A stretch of 63,431 nucleotides of DNA, the filler included, from Octopus bimaculoides (taxonomy: Eukaryota), in NCBI RefSeq assembly GCF_001194135.2. It is 5 parts of 4 records of this genome, joined end to end, with 100 filler letters (N's around TTAATTAATTAA, not from the genome) between each part and the next. Parts side by side here need not be neighbours in the genome. Positions count along the whole stretch, not along the records: positions 49,190 to 63,431 come from NC_068986.1; 4 more parts are not named here. One strand, 5' to 3'. The position numbers were made by a program, and so were the translations under genes. Below the pieces are notes generated by a model. It was not told the DNA's origin. It saw only the letters and a program-made list of their open reading frames with translations, and did not search any database. Each line of letters opens with the position of its first letter. The first letter of the stretch is position 1. Shown in pieces: positions 62,902-63,431 of this stretch.

Positions 62902-63390
62902 TTCTCTCGCTCTCCATCTCTCTTTTTATGCACACACACATACACATGCACGTGCACAAAAGCACATCCAAAGGCTCCACATATGTAGACACAGCTATAA
63001 CGCACAGAAAATAGGCAAATGGACTGGAATACAGAGTATAACAGCCACGAAATATAATACGGTTAGGCATACATACCTTTACATACAGCTATGCATGTGT
63101 TTGTGCTTTTGTCTCTCTATATAAATGCGTGTGTGTGTATGTGAGAGAACGAGAGAGAGAGTAAACACCTTTATCCACGTATGTGGCTATCAATTCGTAG
63201 CAAAGGAGACGCGGGAAACGAAATGAAAACTTAAGGATCAAATGTATATCGAGATAGAACGTAAAACTCTCGAGATAAGACAAGGAGGGAAAAGGGAGAC
63301 ATTAAATGAAAATACAGACAGCGAAAGACTGAAGAATAAAACTGCATACATTTACAACCAAAAGCACGCTGTCATGCACTAGCATGATCC

Positions 63391-63426
<36 letters not shown>

Positions 63427-63431
63427 TATAT

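Overview
AT-rich, microsatellite-laden, gappy eukaryotic DNA. The repeat families look like a coleoid cephalopod, probably Octopus (inference from SINE style and microsatellite load). No host protein-coding gene could be recognised with confidence, and most of the supplied ORFs are artefacts of N-runs or simple repeats. The window is five pieces (1-7169, 7270-24280, 24381-31466, 31567-49089, 49190-63431) joined by 100-bp pads of 44N+TTAATTAATTAA+44N. It is dominated by decayed mobile elements: Tc1/mariner (one full-length dead mariner, two deleted derivatives), a pogo fragment, Chapaev3-like and Merlin transposase pseudogenes, Helitron pieces, a Penelope GIY-YIG remnant, RLE-type, RTE and CR1-like LINE fragments, piggyBac-like MITEs and dozens of tRNA-derived SINEs. 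Most interesting: (1) a minimal type I hammerhead ribozyme motif at 57329-57374; (2) an L1/Tx1-like element that seems to carry only ORF1 plus a 3' UTR (HAL1-like) at ~11067-12660; (3) a CpG-depleted block (31567-49089) in which repeat copies show CpG decay, suggesting a methylated gene body, with a candidate terminal exon at 35573-35686; (4) several foldback/MITE structures, one with a 6-bp target duplication. Boundaries of SINEs and decayed elements are approximate.
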